A stretch of DNA of 64,000 nt from Bilabrum cf. latius (GCA_965178125.1 OZ237766.1:124001-188000); one strand, 5' to 3'. Counted from the first letter of the stretch, positions 38,855-52,500 are shown. Translations and numbers: made by a program. Notes: generated by a model from the letters alone, not told the origin.

Positions 38855-41800
38855 TTATCCCTGCTCAGGCCCTCTCGACTTGGCTCTGCGCCCCAGCCTC
38901 CCTGCCAGATACCGCATCGCCAAGTCACCCTCACCCCCGTTGCTCTCGCCAGGCCCCCCCAGGCCCAGCCCCACCCCGGGAGACCCCGCGGAATCGCACC
39001 TGCGAGGGGGGCCCCTCTCCTCCCCCGCCGCGCGCCTCGTCATGCGGGCCCCATCCGCCCTCGCCGCCGTCTGCAGGAAATTGTGGGCTGCGGCAGCGCC
39101 GCCCAAGTGCAGCGCACTGCGGAACACCCCGTGCAGCTGCCGCCGGCGCCGCGCCTCACCTCCAACGGAACCATACTCGTCCTCGATCCCCATCCCTGTG
39201 GATGTGTCCCGTGCCGTCCCCGACTCGGAGCCGAAAAACGACACCTCGCTGGGGGCGTTTGGGATGGCGATAGGGGGCGAGGCGGGCGCCTCCGAGTCGA
39301 CCACCGCGGCGCCCTCCTTGCTCCAGCGCCTGTCCGGCCCCTCCTACTCTGCACCACCGTGCGATGCATGCGATGAATCTCTCCAGCCGAACGGTGACCC
39401 GCGGGGGTCAGCGCCCCCCCCCGTCCCCTAGCGAGACCCCCGGGACTCCCTCCACAGCGGGGTCACGGGGGGATTCTGCCACCCCTGCCCGTCCTGGCCC
39501 CAACCCCCCTCGCCCACGGCACCCCCCGCCATGTGCTGAAGCTGCTCCTGCTCCCCGCCGACGCCGAGCTGCCAGTCTGGGCTAGCCCGCTCCGATGCAC
39601 TCGTCACACGGGCGAGCCCCAGCTCCGCCGCGATCCCAGCCGCCGAGTCGTACAGGTCATCCTCATCATCGTGGCCGTGGCCGGCGGGGTTGGCGAAACG
39701 ATCCTAGTCATACTCCTCCTGCTCCTAGCATTGGTCCCCAGGCTGCCCTGATATAGCCTCAGCACCAGCCTCTCTTGCTTCTGCCTGCGCCGCTGCCGCC
39801 GCCGCCACGGGGTTCCACATGAAGTCAGGGGCATCGGCTCCGAATCCTGGGGAGGCTACATCTGCCCCGGCCCCGTCATGGCCCACGTCCTCGGCTCCCT
39901 CGGGAGGGGCCATCGAGCCAAGCAGACCAGCCGACAGACCCGCTACATCTGCCCCATCCCCGTCCTGACCCACGTCCTCGGCTCCCTCGGGAGGGGCCAT
40001 CGAGCCAAGCAGACCAGCCGACAGACCCGCTACATCTGCCCCATCCCCGTCCTGACCCACGTCCTCGGCTCCCTCGGGAGGGGCCATCGAGCCAAGCAGA
40101 CCAGCCGACAGACCCGCTACATCTGCCCCATCCCCGTCCTGGCCCACGTCCTCGGCTCCCTCGGGAGGGGCCATCGAGCCAAGCAGACCAGCCGACAGAC
40201 CCGCTACATCTGCCCCATCCCCGTCCTGGCCCACGTCCTCGGCTCCCTCGGGAGGGGCCATCGAGCCAAGCAGACCAGCCGACAGACCCGCTACATCTGC
40301 CCCATCCCCGTCCTGGCCCACGTCCTCGGCTCCCTCGGGAGGGGCCATCGAGCCAAGCAGACCAGCCGACAGACCCGCTACATCTGCCCCATCCCCGTCC
40401 TGGCCCACGTCCTCGGCTCCCTCGGGAGGGGCCATCGAGCCAAGCAGACCAGCCGACAGACCCGCTACATCTGCCCCATCCCCGTCCTGGCCCACGTCCT
40501 CGGCTCCCTCGGGAGGGGCCATCGAGCCAAGCAGACCAGCCGACAGACCCGCTACATCTGCCCCATCCCCGTCCTGGCCCACGTCCTCGGCTCCCTCGGG
40601 AGGGGCCATCGAGCCAAGCAGACCAGCCGACAGACCCGCTACATCTGCCCCATTGGCAGTCCCAGCCCCCGCCCCCGCCCCCGCCCCAGCCCCAGCCCCC
40701 GGGCAAGCACGCCCACTGCCCCCCGGCGCCCCATCGCTCGCCGCGCGGCCCATCCCCGATCGACTCCTCAGTCGATGCAGGGTCATGGCGCCAGCCCCGG
40801 GAAGCACCTGCTAGGAGACGGACTCGGATAGTGTCCTCCTGGGCGCATCTGGCGCAAGTCCCAGGCCAACGCCGATGGGCAGCTGGGGCACTGGGGGCCT
40901 CACCCTCGACCTTCTCGTGTCCGGGTGCCCGTGCCTTGATAGCCCGGCACCGGCACCAGCACCAGCACCAGCACCATGGAGGCCGTGCTGCCCCCTGCTG
41001 CCCGACTGCACGGACATCAGGGGCCCAGTGGCCGCCGCCCTGGCACGCTATCTCTCGAGCCCGTGTGGCACGCTGGGCTGTCTACAAGATTCGACACCCT
41101 ATTGCCCCTGCCCCGGCCCCTGCCTCTGCCCCTGCCCCGGCTGCTGTACTAGCTCCGAGTCGTACACGTGACCCTTGCTCCTGCGGATGCCCGGGGCCCA
41201 AAACCCGTGGACCCCCCGCAGTGGGGACGCCACCCCCTGAGACCCCCTGGATCCGGAGCTGCCAGCCGCCAGGCCCGCCACACGCAGGCACGCATCGTCT
41301 GCCATCGAGTCCTCTTCGGCGTACCCCCTCGGGGTGTGCACGAGCGAGGGGTCCCGGCTGCGGCTCGACGCACTAGCACCACCATGCGATGCATCTGCAC
41401 CGTGTGACGAGTGTACGGAGTCGCTGCCGGCCCTGCTCCAGGCCTTTGCCGCCCGTTGTGCCCTGGCCGCCGACTGCGCCTTTGCCCTCCTCCGGGAGCC
41501 CCCTCCCTTGCTGGACCGCTTCAGTCGGTGCCTACCCCCAGCCGACCCAGACCACACCGTCGAGGTTGCGACCGATCCGGGCCCGCCCCGACCAGTGCCG
41601 CCGCCTCTCACCGACCCCGAGGCAGATCCGCGGCCAGAGGCACGGGTGCTCGCGCTGGTGCTGCTGCAGGCGCCGGGGGACCGGGCCCCGCCCGATTCGC
41701 GGAACATGACAGCCTTGTGCTGTGTCCTGCGGACCCCGACCCCCGCCCCCCCCCTACCTGCATCTCCACGTCTACCTCCATCTTCCCCGACCAGGCTGTC

Positions 41801-44800
41801 TTTGCTGAGGCTGCGGCCGCTCATGCCCGCAATTGACCTGCCAGCGTCGGAGGGGGCCGACAGCTGACGCGCGTGGTCGCTGGGGCGAGGGGCCAGGAGC
41901 CGCCTGGGGGACCCGGAGCCGGAGCCGGACCCGGAGCCGGACAGCTGGTGGTGTGGCGAGTGGGCTTCGAGGCCGGCCTCATCGGAGTCGGAGGACAGCC
42001 CGCCCACGATCTGGATGCCGCTGCCACCACCACCGACACCGACCAGACCAGCCAGACCTTCGCTGCCCTCGTCATTCCGACCCACACCCATCCCCTCTCC
42101 TACTCCTGCGCCCACCTCCGCAGAACTTCTCCTGCTGATGCTCCTCACGGCCATGGGCAGCACCGCGCCCACACCGCCCGCCATGCTGCGGCGGCTGTCT
42201 TCCGTGGGGCAGCGCGAGCTGGAGGCGGATCCGGAGCGAGAATCAGAACCCGACCCGGATGCCGAAGCAGAGGCAGTCGTGTCGTGCGGAACATCGTCGT
42301 GCGCGGCACCCCTTGACATCTCCTGCCACGCCCCGCCGAAACCGTCGTCAGAATGCATCGCACTGCCGCGCTCCGCAGCGTCCCCGGGCACGCGGATGGT
42401 CAGGGACGGCGGGGGCAGCAGAGCCTGGGCAAGCGCGGCGTGTGACGAGTGACCGGCCCCGCCCGGTCCACCGGACCCCATGAGGAGCCCGTTCTGCAGC
42501 AGACTGGCAGAGGGCAGTGCCGCGTCACCTTGCAGTGCACCCTGGTGCTCCGAGTCGGCGGCGAGCTGGTCGGCGTGGTCGGGCGACCCCCACCTGCTGG
42601 GGGACGTGGCCCCGCTCCGGGACGCACTCGTCACATGGTGGGGCGCAGGCACGGGGGGAGGGGCCAGCCGGGGCTGCCACGAGGAGTCCACCGAGGGGCC
42701 GTGCGCACCATCGTGCGATGCACCCGCCGCCAGCTGCATCTCATCGTCCTGTGCCCCGTCCATGTCCAGCCGGCTGGAACCGGCGCCATCTCCGGCAGGC
42801 ACCTTCGGCTCCGAGTTCTCTTCCGAGGGCTCCTTGCCCGGTCCCCCGCGACCCCCGGGTGCATGTGCCGGGGACAGCCCGTTGTCCTGTGAGGAGGTCT
42901 CGCGGGCCATATCCTGGCCAGTGGAGGCGGATGCCTTGGAGGACCACCGGGAGCGGCCAGCTGCCTTGGCAGCCGCACCGCCATCGGCAGCAGCTACAAC
43001 CTTGCTGTCCGGATCGACTTCCCTGTCCTCTGCCGCTCCCGAGCTCGCAGACCTAGATCCAGACCCAGACCCAGACCCAGACCCAGACCCGTTCACTGTG
43101 GCGGGGCACGGGCCACGGCCATCCCGATGACCGTGCTCGCGTTCATCCCCAACTTGTGTTCCATGGATATCTTGATCTGCGGCAGAGAAATGCCGAGCCT
43201 CTTCTGCCTGCTGCCCTTGCCCTTGCCCTTGGTTCCTGCCGCTCTCCCTCGCTGCCGCCTCGCCCCTGCTGCCATCCTAGCGGCGGCTGGCGGACGGGCC
43301 CAGCACAAGCGGGCTGAAGGGAACATCCGCGGCGGATTCCATGAGAGGTGTGACGAGTGAGTCCCCGCGGCGTTCCCGCTGATGTCCCTTTGACCCCACA
43401 CCGGGGGAATACCCGGAGCCGGAAGTGGCGGACGCGACGAAGCGGCGGCCCAGGGGCGGTGTCCCATGGCGCACGCCGCCGGTTTGACCACCCCCCAGGC
43501 CCAGCACGGACCCCACCCCGAACGACCCCAGGCCCCTTCCCCTCAGGGCCGGGCTGTTCCCTGCGCTCCCCGCGGCCATGGCAGCTGCCCCCGCCGCCTC
43601 CACGCTCCCCGGAATCGCCGCCACCAGCGATGTCCTCCTCCTCGAGGCCCCCGCGCGGCGATGGGCCATCCGCATGGCCTTGGAGGCGGGCGAGTCGCTC
43701 TGCGAGTGGGACCGGGGCCGGGGGGAGCCAAGCCCGCTCCCCAGCAGCGCTGAGGCCACGGAGGCGGCGGGGGAGTGCGCGGCGTGGCGCGCGGCGCCCA
43801 GCGACTCCGATGCGGAACCGGCCTCTAGCCCCAGGGCCCTAGCGCTGCCTCCGCTCTCCCGCCCTTCGCCTGCTGGTCCTGAGCGAACGTTCCTTCGAGC
43901 CACAGCGAGCCGCAGCGCCTGCGGCCTGGCCGGCCGCTGGCCCGGGGACCCGCCACCCGACGGCTCCCGGCTGGTAGGGGACCGGGATGGTCGCCCGCCG
44001 GCGCCGCGCATTCTAGCGGAACCTGTGTTTCCGGAGGGGAGTGCCAGGGTGTCCGGCGATCGCTCCCTTGTGCGATCGGTTCCAGCGGCCCCTCCTTCCT
44101 GGTCCAGATCCGATCCTCTCCGGCCCCCGCCAGCAGCTGACGCAGACGCTGACGCACTCGCCGAGGGAGCGGCCGAGGCGGCCACGGTCCTGGGAGAGGT
44201 CTGCTCCTGAGATTGCTCCTGGGTGTGCTAGTGCAACGGGGGGACTGCCGGGTCTGCTTCCTCTGGTGATGCCACGGGAGCGGTCCGGGCCGCTGGCGCA
44301 CGCAGGTGAAGGGGAGCGCGGGCTTGGGCACGAGCTGACGGTTGTATGGAAGACTCCGCGACTGGGTCCCTAGGCTGGCCATGTCCCCGCACCCCGGGCC
44401 CCTCGTGCCCCTCGTGCCTCTGGTTCGACTGGTGAGGCCTGGCAGGTGAGGCATGGGCGGAGGGCGCCGCGCTGGCGGTCTGCCTGCTCTCGATCTCCCT
44501 CTGCTCCGTCCGGGCCGAGGACCGGCTTCCCCGAGGGGTGCAGGCCTCCCCCCCTGGGAGCGCATGATCCAAGGGGGGGAGGCCGAAGCCTTCCTGGGAC
44601 CCGAACACGTAGCCTTGCTGCAAGCGGCTGTCGAGGGCGAGGCCGAGGGTCTGGGCGGCGGCGCCGCGCATTTCATGGTTCCGCAACCGGGCGTCGTGTC
44701 CTGCACGGCCTATGCGGTGGTCGGCGCTCGAGGCATGGGGACCCGCCGCCCCTGCTGCAGACCCACTACTAGCATCTGCTGCTGCTCCCCCGCTCGAGCC

Positions 44801-46418
44801 GTCGGAGCCTCCAGCCAGCGCTGAAGTCGTGGCGGAGCGCGTCCCCGTCAGGCAGCTGCTGCCCCCGACGGTGGAATCCGCCCCTGCGGTGAGCACGGTG
44901 AGCTGCTTGCCCCACCCCGCCGCGGGAGACAAGTTCGACCCAAGGGCCGCGTGGACCAGGACGGAGCCGCCGTCCGCGCCAAATTCCACCGTGCCGGTGA
45001 CTGTAGAGTCGCGGGTGACCGACCCGGAGGGCGACGGTTCCGAGATCACAGCACTGAGTGCCCCTGCGGACACGGACCGCCAGTGCGCCCGCTCGAAGGG
45101 CATGTCCAGGAGGCCAACTTGCTCGTTCGATGGCGTGCGACGCACCCCGAGGGGGCTCGGGCCCACCTGGGCCGTCCTCGACACCAAGCTGCCGATACCA
45201 TTCGTGTTTGTGGTGCTTTTCGATGTTTCTCGGCTTGCAAGCTGGCTAGGTTCGCGAGAAATGCCGCCTGCTTGTGCGCAGCTCCGTCCACGCGCGTTCA
45301 CTTCACCTCCGCTGCTTCCACTCTATGATTCGTCTGCCGAAGAATCGCTGTCGCTGAAGGCATCCAATTCGTTCTTTTCTTCCACAAGATTCGGGACGAT
45401 GCTGCGCCTAAACTTCGGAGCTTGCGCTGGCATCGATCGGACGGCCTGTCGTTCGGCCGGGCCCTGGCTCTCGCCCCATTCCGCTTCTGTTCGTTTAGTG
45501 GACGACCGCAGCCCAAAGCTCGAAGTGCTCTGAGCAGCGTGCGAGCCATACTTGATAGTGGTGCTAATCTGCCTTTGCTTTGACGCTCTTTCCGGGACTG
45601 ACCTGCCACGAGCAGCGAGTCCAGAGACAGGTCCTGCGGCGCGCCGAGCACCGGTGTCGGGCCCAACTTCGGGCGATGCAGCGCAAACAGTGTCCGAAAC
45701 GGACCGTAGTAGTGACGATAGTCTATATGGAGCTTGCTCGTTTCCGTCTGTACCCGTCTTTGGGCCAGGAAGCTGCGGTGGCACGACCACTGTGCCGTTG
45801 CGCATCTGCAGCGGCACCGCCAGCTCCCTTACGGCTCGTTCTACCGGTTCTTTGCACTGCTTACATATTCTCGTAGATATGGCTTCCACTCGAACTAATT
45901 TGTTGCTGTCTGGTAGACCACCTCCCGCCACCGCAGGATGCTCGGGGACGAGCACCGGGTCCTTCGGGACGCAGTCTCCGCACGCAGAGGCGCCACACCA
46001 GCGGCTGCAATAGGCAAGGGATAGGCGATTCGAAGGTATGGGAAGAATGACATCGAATCGATGTACTCGAAAACATGCACTAAGGGATGTGCGGCACACG
46101 TTACGTGTTGAAAGGGCCGGAGCGACTTGACGCGCCCCGACGCCAAAAGCCAAGCAATGCTCCCGATCGGCGGTCAAGCGGTATAACTCACCAATGATGC
46201 TGTCGCCATAGAAGCGAATAGGAGCTGCCACATATGGAGCAGCTGGGCTGGGACGGAAACCAGTGCGCCCGGCTCTTGCCGGCGAGCACCGACTTCAGCT
46301 TCTGGCGCCTTTCCGCCCACATTTTCTTTCCACGAAGGGATTCGGCAGTAGTTTTCTTGCGGTCTGGCAGCGACGTAGAAAACGCTCTAATCCTAGGAAG
46401 GGCACCGCGATCCTCCAT
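38855..46418 (-). CDS. Giant FYVE zinc-finger protein with long disordered tail, about 2450 aa (exons 46418-46192, 46004-38855)
   Basis: Splicing yields WFPSQPSCSICGSSYSLLWRQHHCRWCGASACGDC...TRICKQC (FYVE). Seven ORFs in one frame joined by nine TAGs (45323, 44228, 43277, 41099, 41048, 40811, 39725, 39704, 39428). Ends at TAA 38855. Confidence 0.75.
39865..40652. repeat. 87-bp coding minisatellite, about 9 near-identical copies (29 aa GADVAGLSAGLLGSMAPPEGAEDVGQDGD)
   Basis: Directly visible period of 87 bp, in frame within the FYVE gene. Confidence 0.95.
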
Positions 46419-46568
46419 CGCGAGGTTCTACGACTTGTCAGCAGGTTGTCGTCGAAGATCCAGACTCGTCGCAAATATGCACCTTTCGTAGACTATACCA
46501 GACAGTTCGGAGTGAAAAAAACATTGTGGCAACTGGCGAGAAGCAATCCTTGCGTGGCCAACGGGAGC

Positions 46569-48977
46569 ATGCTGCGAGAGGACGACGATTTTGTGTCTTC
46601 CTGTGGTGGCGATGACAGAATCGGACCAGTGGCAGCACCGAAACCGGGAGACGCAGATGTTGTTTCCCGTTGTCCCATCTGCAGCAGCGCTCCGGGGCAA
46701 ATTTCTCTAGGAGACCAGCGCTTGTGCAGCAAGTGTTTTGCAAGCAAAGTTCAGTCGCATGTTCATTATGCTCTAGGGGAGGTGTTCAGCTCTCACAAGC
46801 TGAACCGCACCGTGGTTCTTGCGTTCTCTGGCAACTTCGGCAGCTTTGCCACAACCTCTGGCGTGGCTTCATGGCACAGATCTAGAAGCGAGGGAATTGC
46901 AAGGTTCATTCAGGGTCAATTGGCTCGCTTCGATTCCGAAGATGCTGAGAAGGCGCGAAGCAGTCGTTTGGCAGGATGGGCTGCGGAAGACGTCGCCTTG
47001 CTGCGGCGCTACTTGGCCACACGTAGCAGCCAGTCGCATGACAGCGCCAGCTCTGTAGATAGTAAGAGTAGCACCAAAGTTGATGTTACATTACTGCCTG
47101 TTCTCAGCGTGCCTTCTCGCCTGATCCGCGCGCTGCGGCCTCCCGCTCGCCTCTCGCTGCCCCCTCGCGTGGCGCTGCTTCACGTGGACTGCACTGCCAT
47201 CGACGCGATCGTTCGGGGGCCTCGGGGGCGGGCATCCGAGGGTGCACTGCGCGGTGGTGCATCGCGGGGTGAAGTGTCCGTTCGGCAGGCGGCGGAGCAT
47301 GCCAGGCAGGCGGCGGGTGGGATCGGGCCTGCCCTCAGGCTGTTCCAGTGCAGGCTCGAGGACGTGTTCCTGCCGGCTGTTCCGGGGCATCATGATGTTG
47401 CAATGGGTGAAAGAATGGGTCGTGCTAGTGGGACAGGATCTAGAGTAAGTAGGTAGATTATGCCCCTGGTCGAGCTGGAATGGGGAGGCAAGACCGAAGT
47501 GGGTGGACAGGGGCAGCAAGCGGCAGGTGCGGGCGCATCATCTAAAGCAGCCGGCGAAACATTGCCAGCTGCATCTAGCGCAAGCATTGATTCGCGGGGC
47601 GATGTAAGAGCTAGGAGTCCCAGGTCCGAGTCCCGGGTGCTAGCCCTTCACGCCCTGCTTGGATCGCTTGGGCACGCGGACGCGCAGGAGAGGATGCTGC
47701 GCGTGCTGCACGGCATTGCGCTGCGGCGGGCGGCACTTGCTGTGGACGCACTGCTGAGGGGGGAGGAGGCATGCGGGGATGAGGACGAGGATGGCCGAAG
47801 GGGGGAGAGCAGGAAGGCAGCAGCCGAATAGCACGGTGGGGGTGGTGGATCCGTCCCCAGTGCGGGGTATGCCCCTGCCCATGCCCATGCCCCCCTCCCG
47901 GTGCTGGTGCTCAGCACCAATGGGGACAAGGCAGCGGAGCTTACCATGACTTCGCTTGCCGAGGGCACCGGGTATGGCGTGGCGGAGGGGTCCAAGGTCT
48001 TAGATGCACGGCACTGCGGCGCGGATGCAACTGCAGCCGGGGGCGCCCCCGGCCCCTTGTTGCTGAGACCGCTGCTGGGGCTGGGTCGACTGGACCTGGA
48101 GGCGTACGGCAGGCTTTGCGAGTTCGAACCTGTACCCAAGCAGCGAACCTTCTTGGCGAACCTTCGCCGGCCCCGCTCGAGCGTGGCGCAGGTCGCAGCC
48201 AAGTTCGTCCGCACGCTGCAGGACGGTTTCGTGTCCACTCGTCACGCGGTGCGGCGCACCATGGACAAGCTGAAGGAACCACCTTTGCTCGTCACACAGG
48301 AAGGGTTAGGATCTGCCGCAGAGAGTGGTGTGACGAGTGAGGGACCCGTACTGTGTCCGTTGTGCGGGGAATTCCAGTCGCCTTTCGATTCCGAGTTAAG
48401 CAAGCAATCCGGGGAATCATTCCGGGCTGGGACAGCAGAGGGTCCTCCTTCCGGTTCCGCTGCATTGTTGCGCGGCGCCTCCCTCTCACTGCTTCCGGTT
48501 TGCTGCCACGCCTGCCGCGTGATGCTGCGGGAGGCCGGACACGCCTCGGCCGGGGAACTGTCCCGCGTGGGGCACTACGGGGCGCGTTCGGTGGCTGTGA
48601 CGAGTGCGCGGGGAACACGGGTCGGCGAGGCGGCAGTTGACGGGGGTAGTGGGGCTCTTGGCGACGGTGTGACGAGTGATTCGTCCGTGGCCAGTCTGCT
48701 GCCCCCGTCCGTGCGTGCAGGCGTCGTGTTGGGGTGGGCGGCGGTGAGCGAGGGGGTCAGCAGCGGCGTGGCCAGTGTGACGAGTGCGCGCTGCGAGGGC
48801 ACCAGCGGGAGCGCAGAGTCAGGGCGGGACGGCAGCGGTGGTGGAAAGGGGTTTGCCGGTGCAGGCGGCCGGGGCCCATCTTCGGCGTGGACCCGGCAGC
48901 AGATGCTAGCGTCGATAGGAGAATTCCTGCTCGACGATGATGGCGGTGCTGCCGGGGGTGGCAAGACCGGAAGCTGA
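46569..48977 (+). CDS. CTU2: Cytoplasmic tRNA 2-thiolation protein 2 (CTU2/Ncs2)-like
   Basis: N-terminal CPIC..LCSKCF, VVLAFSGNFGS, LLRPLLGL..DLEAY, SVAQVAAKFVRTLQDGFVSTRHAVRRTMDKL, LCPLCG, CCHACR and C-terminal IGEFLLDDD. TAGs at 47454 and 47829. Stop is TGA. Confidence 0.8.
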
Positions 48978-49059
48978 AACCGCGCAAAAACGAATGTTCG
49001 CTGTTGGGTTCCTTGCAGTTGGATTCGCAAGTCACTTTGTTCCAAGAATTTGTTGCGCG

Positions 49060-49410
49060 ATGGGAGACTCGAAAATGTCAAATGGTGTCAGAATGATGAT
49101 TGGTGCAGGTATTGTAGCATCTGCGTTCGGTTTGGCTTTCGGTGCAAGGCGTCTCCAGTCCATGTCGTCGACTACAGAAGCTGTGGTGAAGTCTGTGAAA
49201 ACAATGCGCGGGCCCAGAGCCACAGAGGCGGCAAAGGCGGCAACTACGGCTAGTAACGCGTCTCATGCGGCGAAAGTACAGGCTGCAAAAGCCAGCAGAG
49301 ATCCTCAAATGGACAACGCGTTGCGCCAGGCACTGCGATCCGTGCAGAAGGGGAAGAACCAAGCCACGGGTTCGTTATCAGGAAGCCATGGGGGCAGCGA
49401 AACCAACTGA
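49060..49410 (+). CDS. Small single-pass membrane protein, 116 aa, unknown function
   Basis: ATG 49060, hydrophobic MMIGAGIVASAFGLAFGA, then a basic Ala-rich tail. Stop is TGA. Confidence 0.55.
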   Translation: MGDSKMSNGVRMMIGAGIVASAFGLAFGARRLQSMSSTTEAVVKSVKTMRGPRATEAAKAATTASNASHAAKVQAAKASRDPQMDNALRQALRSVQKGKNQATGSLSGSHGGSETN

Positions 49411-49508
49411 GGATAGTTCTTGTATGTATATCTATCCCTGAAAGGATCTGTGTTGCTAACAAAAACGTTCATTTGCCAATGATGTCGTGTGGAGCACTTT
49501 CTTCGCAA

Positions 49509-52500
49509 TCAGCTCGAATCGGTGGAATCGCTGTCGGATAGCTCGTCCGGCCCGATTCCGACCACCCCAGAAGCAATCGAGTCGCGCTTGTCTGAGTTAT
49601 CCCGCTCCACCGCTGGCAAATCTCCTCCTGCCCCTCCCGAGTGCCTTCCCTCGCCCTCATGGCCGGATCCAATCGCACCGGTGCCGCCTGTGACGTCCGT
49701 TCGGCCTGGTAGTGGTGGTCCACGCTCTGCTTCTGATTCCGAATCCGAACTTGACGACGACAGCGACTCGGAGGAACCGAAGAACTGCCCATTCCGCTGC
49801 AGGCTAGTCAGCGCCTGCGACAGAACCGAGGCCGCCCGCCCCACGCTGCTGGCGTCACCACCGTGCGATGCATCACTGCGAGACGGAGATATCGCCCGCT
49901 TTGCACCTGCGGGTGGGTGCTGTTCCCCCGATCCAAACCCCGTGCCGGTGGCGGTTGTCTGTTGAGATCCTCGCGCCGTCGCACTCAGATCTTGGGTGGG
50001 GGATGCGCGGGGGCTGCTCCCGGGGCTGGCCTCGGAGTCGTCGGGAGAGAGATTCAGAGAGGGCGTGGTGGTTCCGCTGCGGATCGGCGGCGCCGCGAGG
50101 GCCCGTCCCCGGATGGTGCTGCCTGCGGGCGCGGCTTGCACCGGGCCGGCTGCCTCCCCTGCACCTGTGCGGTGGCCATCATGATGCTTCGGCTTGGCTG
50201 CCGCAGCCCCGGTGCCTGAGCTACCGTGCACTGCACCCGATGCATTTTCAACGTGCCTGTCGGTGTTACTGCCGTGCGATGCACCCTGGCCCGCACGCAA
50301 GGCGAGGGCCAGGGGGTGCTCGGCCTGGCCACCGGTCTCGGTTCCGCTGCGCGCGGCGCCGCCGCCCTCGTCATCCCCGCTGGCCGCCCCCCAACTCGAA
50401 GAGCGGGAAGGGGCCAGCGATCCCGCCGGTGCGGTTGCTTGCCGAACCACTGGTGGCACCTGCACACCCCCTGCCTTGCCCTCTCCTCCTCTCGCTCCCT
50501 CGCTGGATCCATTGGTCCTCTGGTGCTGCTGCACGAACTTGGCCAGCGAGGATAGCGTGTCTTTGTCTCTGTCCCTGCTACGATCCGAGTCTTTGCTGCT
50601 CCTCGCACTCGTCACCCTGCTGCCGCTATGCGAGCTGCCCCCCCCCTTTCCCCCCCCCTTTGGGTGCCTCTTGCTGCGGCCCAGCGTGCCAGACCTGGCC
50701 AGGCCAGGCACGGGGCCACGGGACCGCTTGCGGTGGGCGAACGTTCTCTGCTTATGCAGTCGGTCCATCGGAGCCCCGCTATGCGGTGTGCTGCCATCGT
50801 GCGATGCACCCTCCAGGCCCCCGAACAGCAGCTCCTTCCACTGAGTCTCTCCGCTGCCGCTGCCACCCCCTGGTGAGGCCACAGACCCAGCATCGGCTGC
50901 AAGGGACGAGTGTGGCTTGTCCTCGTGTGCTGTCGTCTCGGATCCGGAGCGCGAATCCCGAGCCCGAGCCGGTGGTGCCTTGGGCTGGGAGCGGCGGCGT
51001 GGCGGTGGGCCGGGGCGTTGGCTGGGCTGCTGCGCTGCGTTTTGGGGACCATCCCCTGTTCCCTGGTCGTTTGTTCCCTGGCCGACTGTTCCCTGATCGT
51101 CCTGCTCCGATGGTGCTGGGAGTCGCCTTGCTTCGTCAGCGGGAGATTTGATCTTGAGCCGGGAAAGCCCCGTGCCCTTACCACGCCTGCCGTGTCCTGT
51201 CCCCCTAGCTGGGGTGGGGGCGGGAGCAGCTGGCTGCGGGCTGCCAGGCACGTCGTTTGCATGATCCTGGGCGCCACCATGAGCCTCTGAATCGTCCCAC
51301 GTCGTATTGGTGACCCCAGCCATCCCAGTCCCAGTCCCTGTGCCTGCCCTTGTCCCTGTCCCTGTGCCTCTGCCCGGCTGCATCTGCAAAGAGCCTCGCC
51401 TACTGCCCATGCGGCTTGCTATGCCCAGAGTACCGGCAAGTTGAGCGGTTGGTACCAGAGCAGCAGCACCACCCCTTTGGGCATCCGCGGCGCCCTTGTT
51501 CCCGGCGGGGAGCTGCCCGTGGTTCGGCCCCGATCCGATCATTGATCCGATCATTTCCGGTTTGCGGGAGGACGCGCGCACCCGCCCCGTGAGGCTGGCC
51601 CTCCGGGAGGGCGAGGAGGTCGAGGAGCCCGCTGCCCCAGAGGAAGAAGACAGCCCACTTGACCCGCGGGTGCTGTGGCTCGGCTGCCTCTGGCTGCGGG
51701 AGGGACTAGCTGCGCCAGCATGCACTGCACCCTTGCCCTTCTTATCCTCCTTATCTTCTTCCGTTCCCCCCTCTGTACCTCGGAGCCCGCCCACCCCTAA
51801 TGCGCCATTTGCAGCGCTTGCCTTGCTCCATCGGTCGAACTAGCCATCCACGCCCGTGCTGTGGAGCGGGGTCAGCGGCAGCACAAGGGTGGGGGAGGGG
51901 GAGTCGGTCCGGGTGCGGTGTGGCTCTCGACCGCCGTGTGATGAGTGCTGCGGCTGTTTTGGATTCTTGTCCCCGGGTCGGCCTGTGTTGCTGCCTCCTC
52001 GCTCTCCTCCTCCTCCTCCTCCTCCTCCTCCTCCTCCTCCTCCTCCTCCTCCTCCTCCTCCTCCTCCTCCGCCGCCTTGGCTATCGTTACTGCTGCTTCC
52101 GTTGCCACTGCTGCTGCTACTCGCGATGATGGATCGGATCGTGGCCCGGAAAGCAGCAGCAACTCGAACGGCAGACCCACCCCGTGCCTCCGGCACGTCC
52201 CCCGCCCCTCCTATCCCACTCGCTCTTCCAGTCGGGGACTGCAGCGCAGCCTGCAGCACGGATCTATCGGCCTCCCCTCGCATGTAGGCGTCTGCAGTGC
52301 CCTGCAGCCGGTCCTACCGGGTGTGCCTGAGCCAGCGGCGGGCCTTTTTTGCGACCAACTTGCGCAGGTGCTGCGGAAGAGTGAGGAAGCCGTCGGCCGG
52401 TTTGGAGGCACCCGCGGTTTGCGGTGCTGCAGCGTCGGGTCTTTTTCGTCGCTGCCTCCGCGTCGGCCGGATGGGGTCTAGGCAATTCCGGTTTCTCAGA

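Noticed and set aside
39865-40652. 87-bp tandem array as a CRISPR array
   Set aside because: No unique spacers. It is an in-frame coding minisatellite in a eukaryotic gene.
46569-48977. CTU2 (and the UPF1-like helicase) as the machinery of the code change
   Set aside because: CTU2 acts in U34 thiolation of tRNA-Gln/Lys/Glu, whereas a UAG reader would have C34. The helicase is not UPF1. Co-location in a eukaryotic window is probably coincidental.
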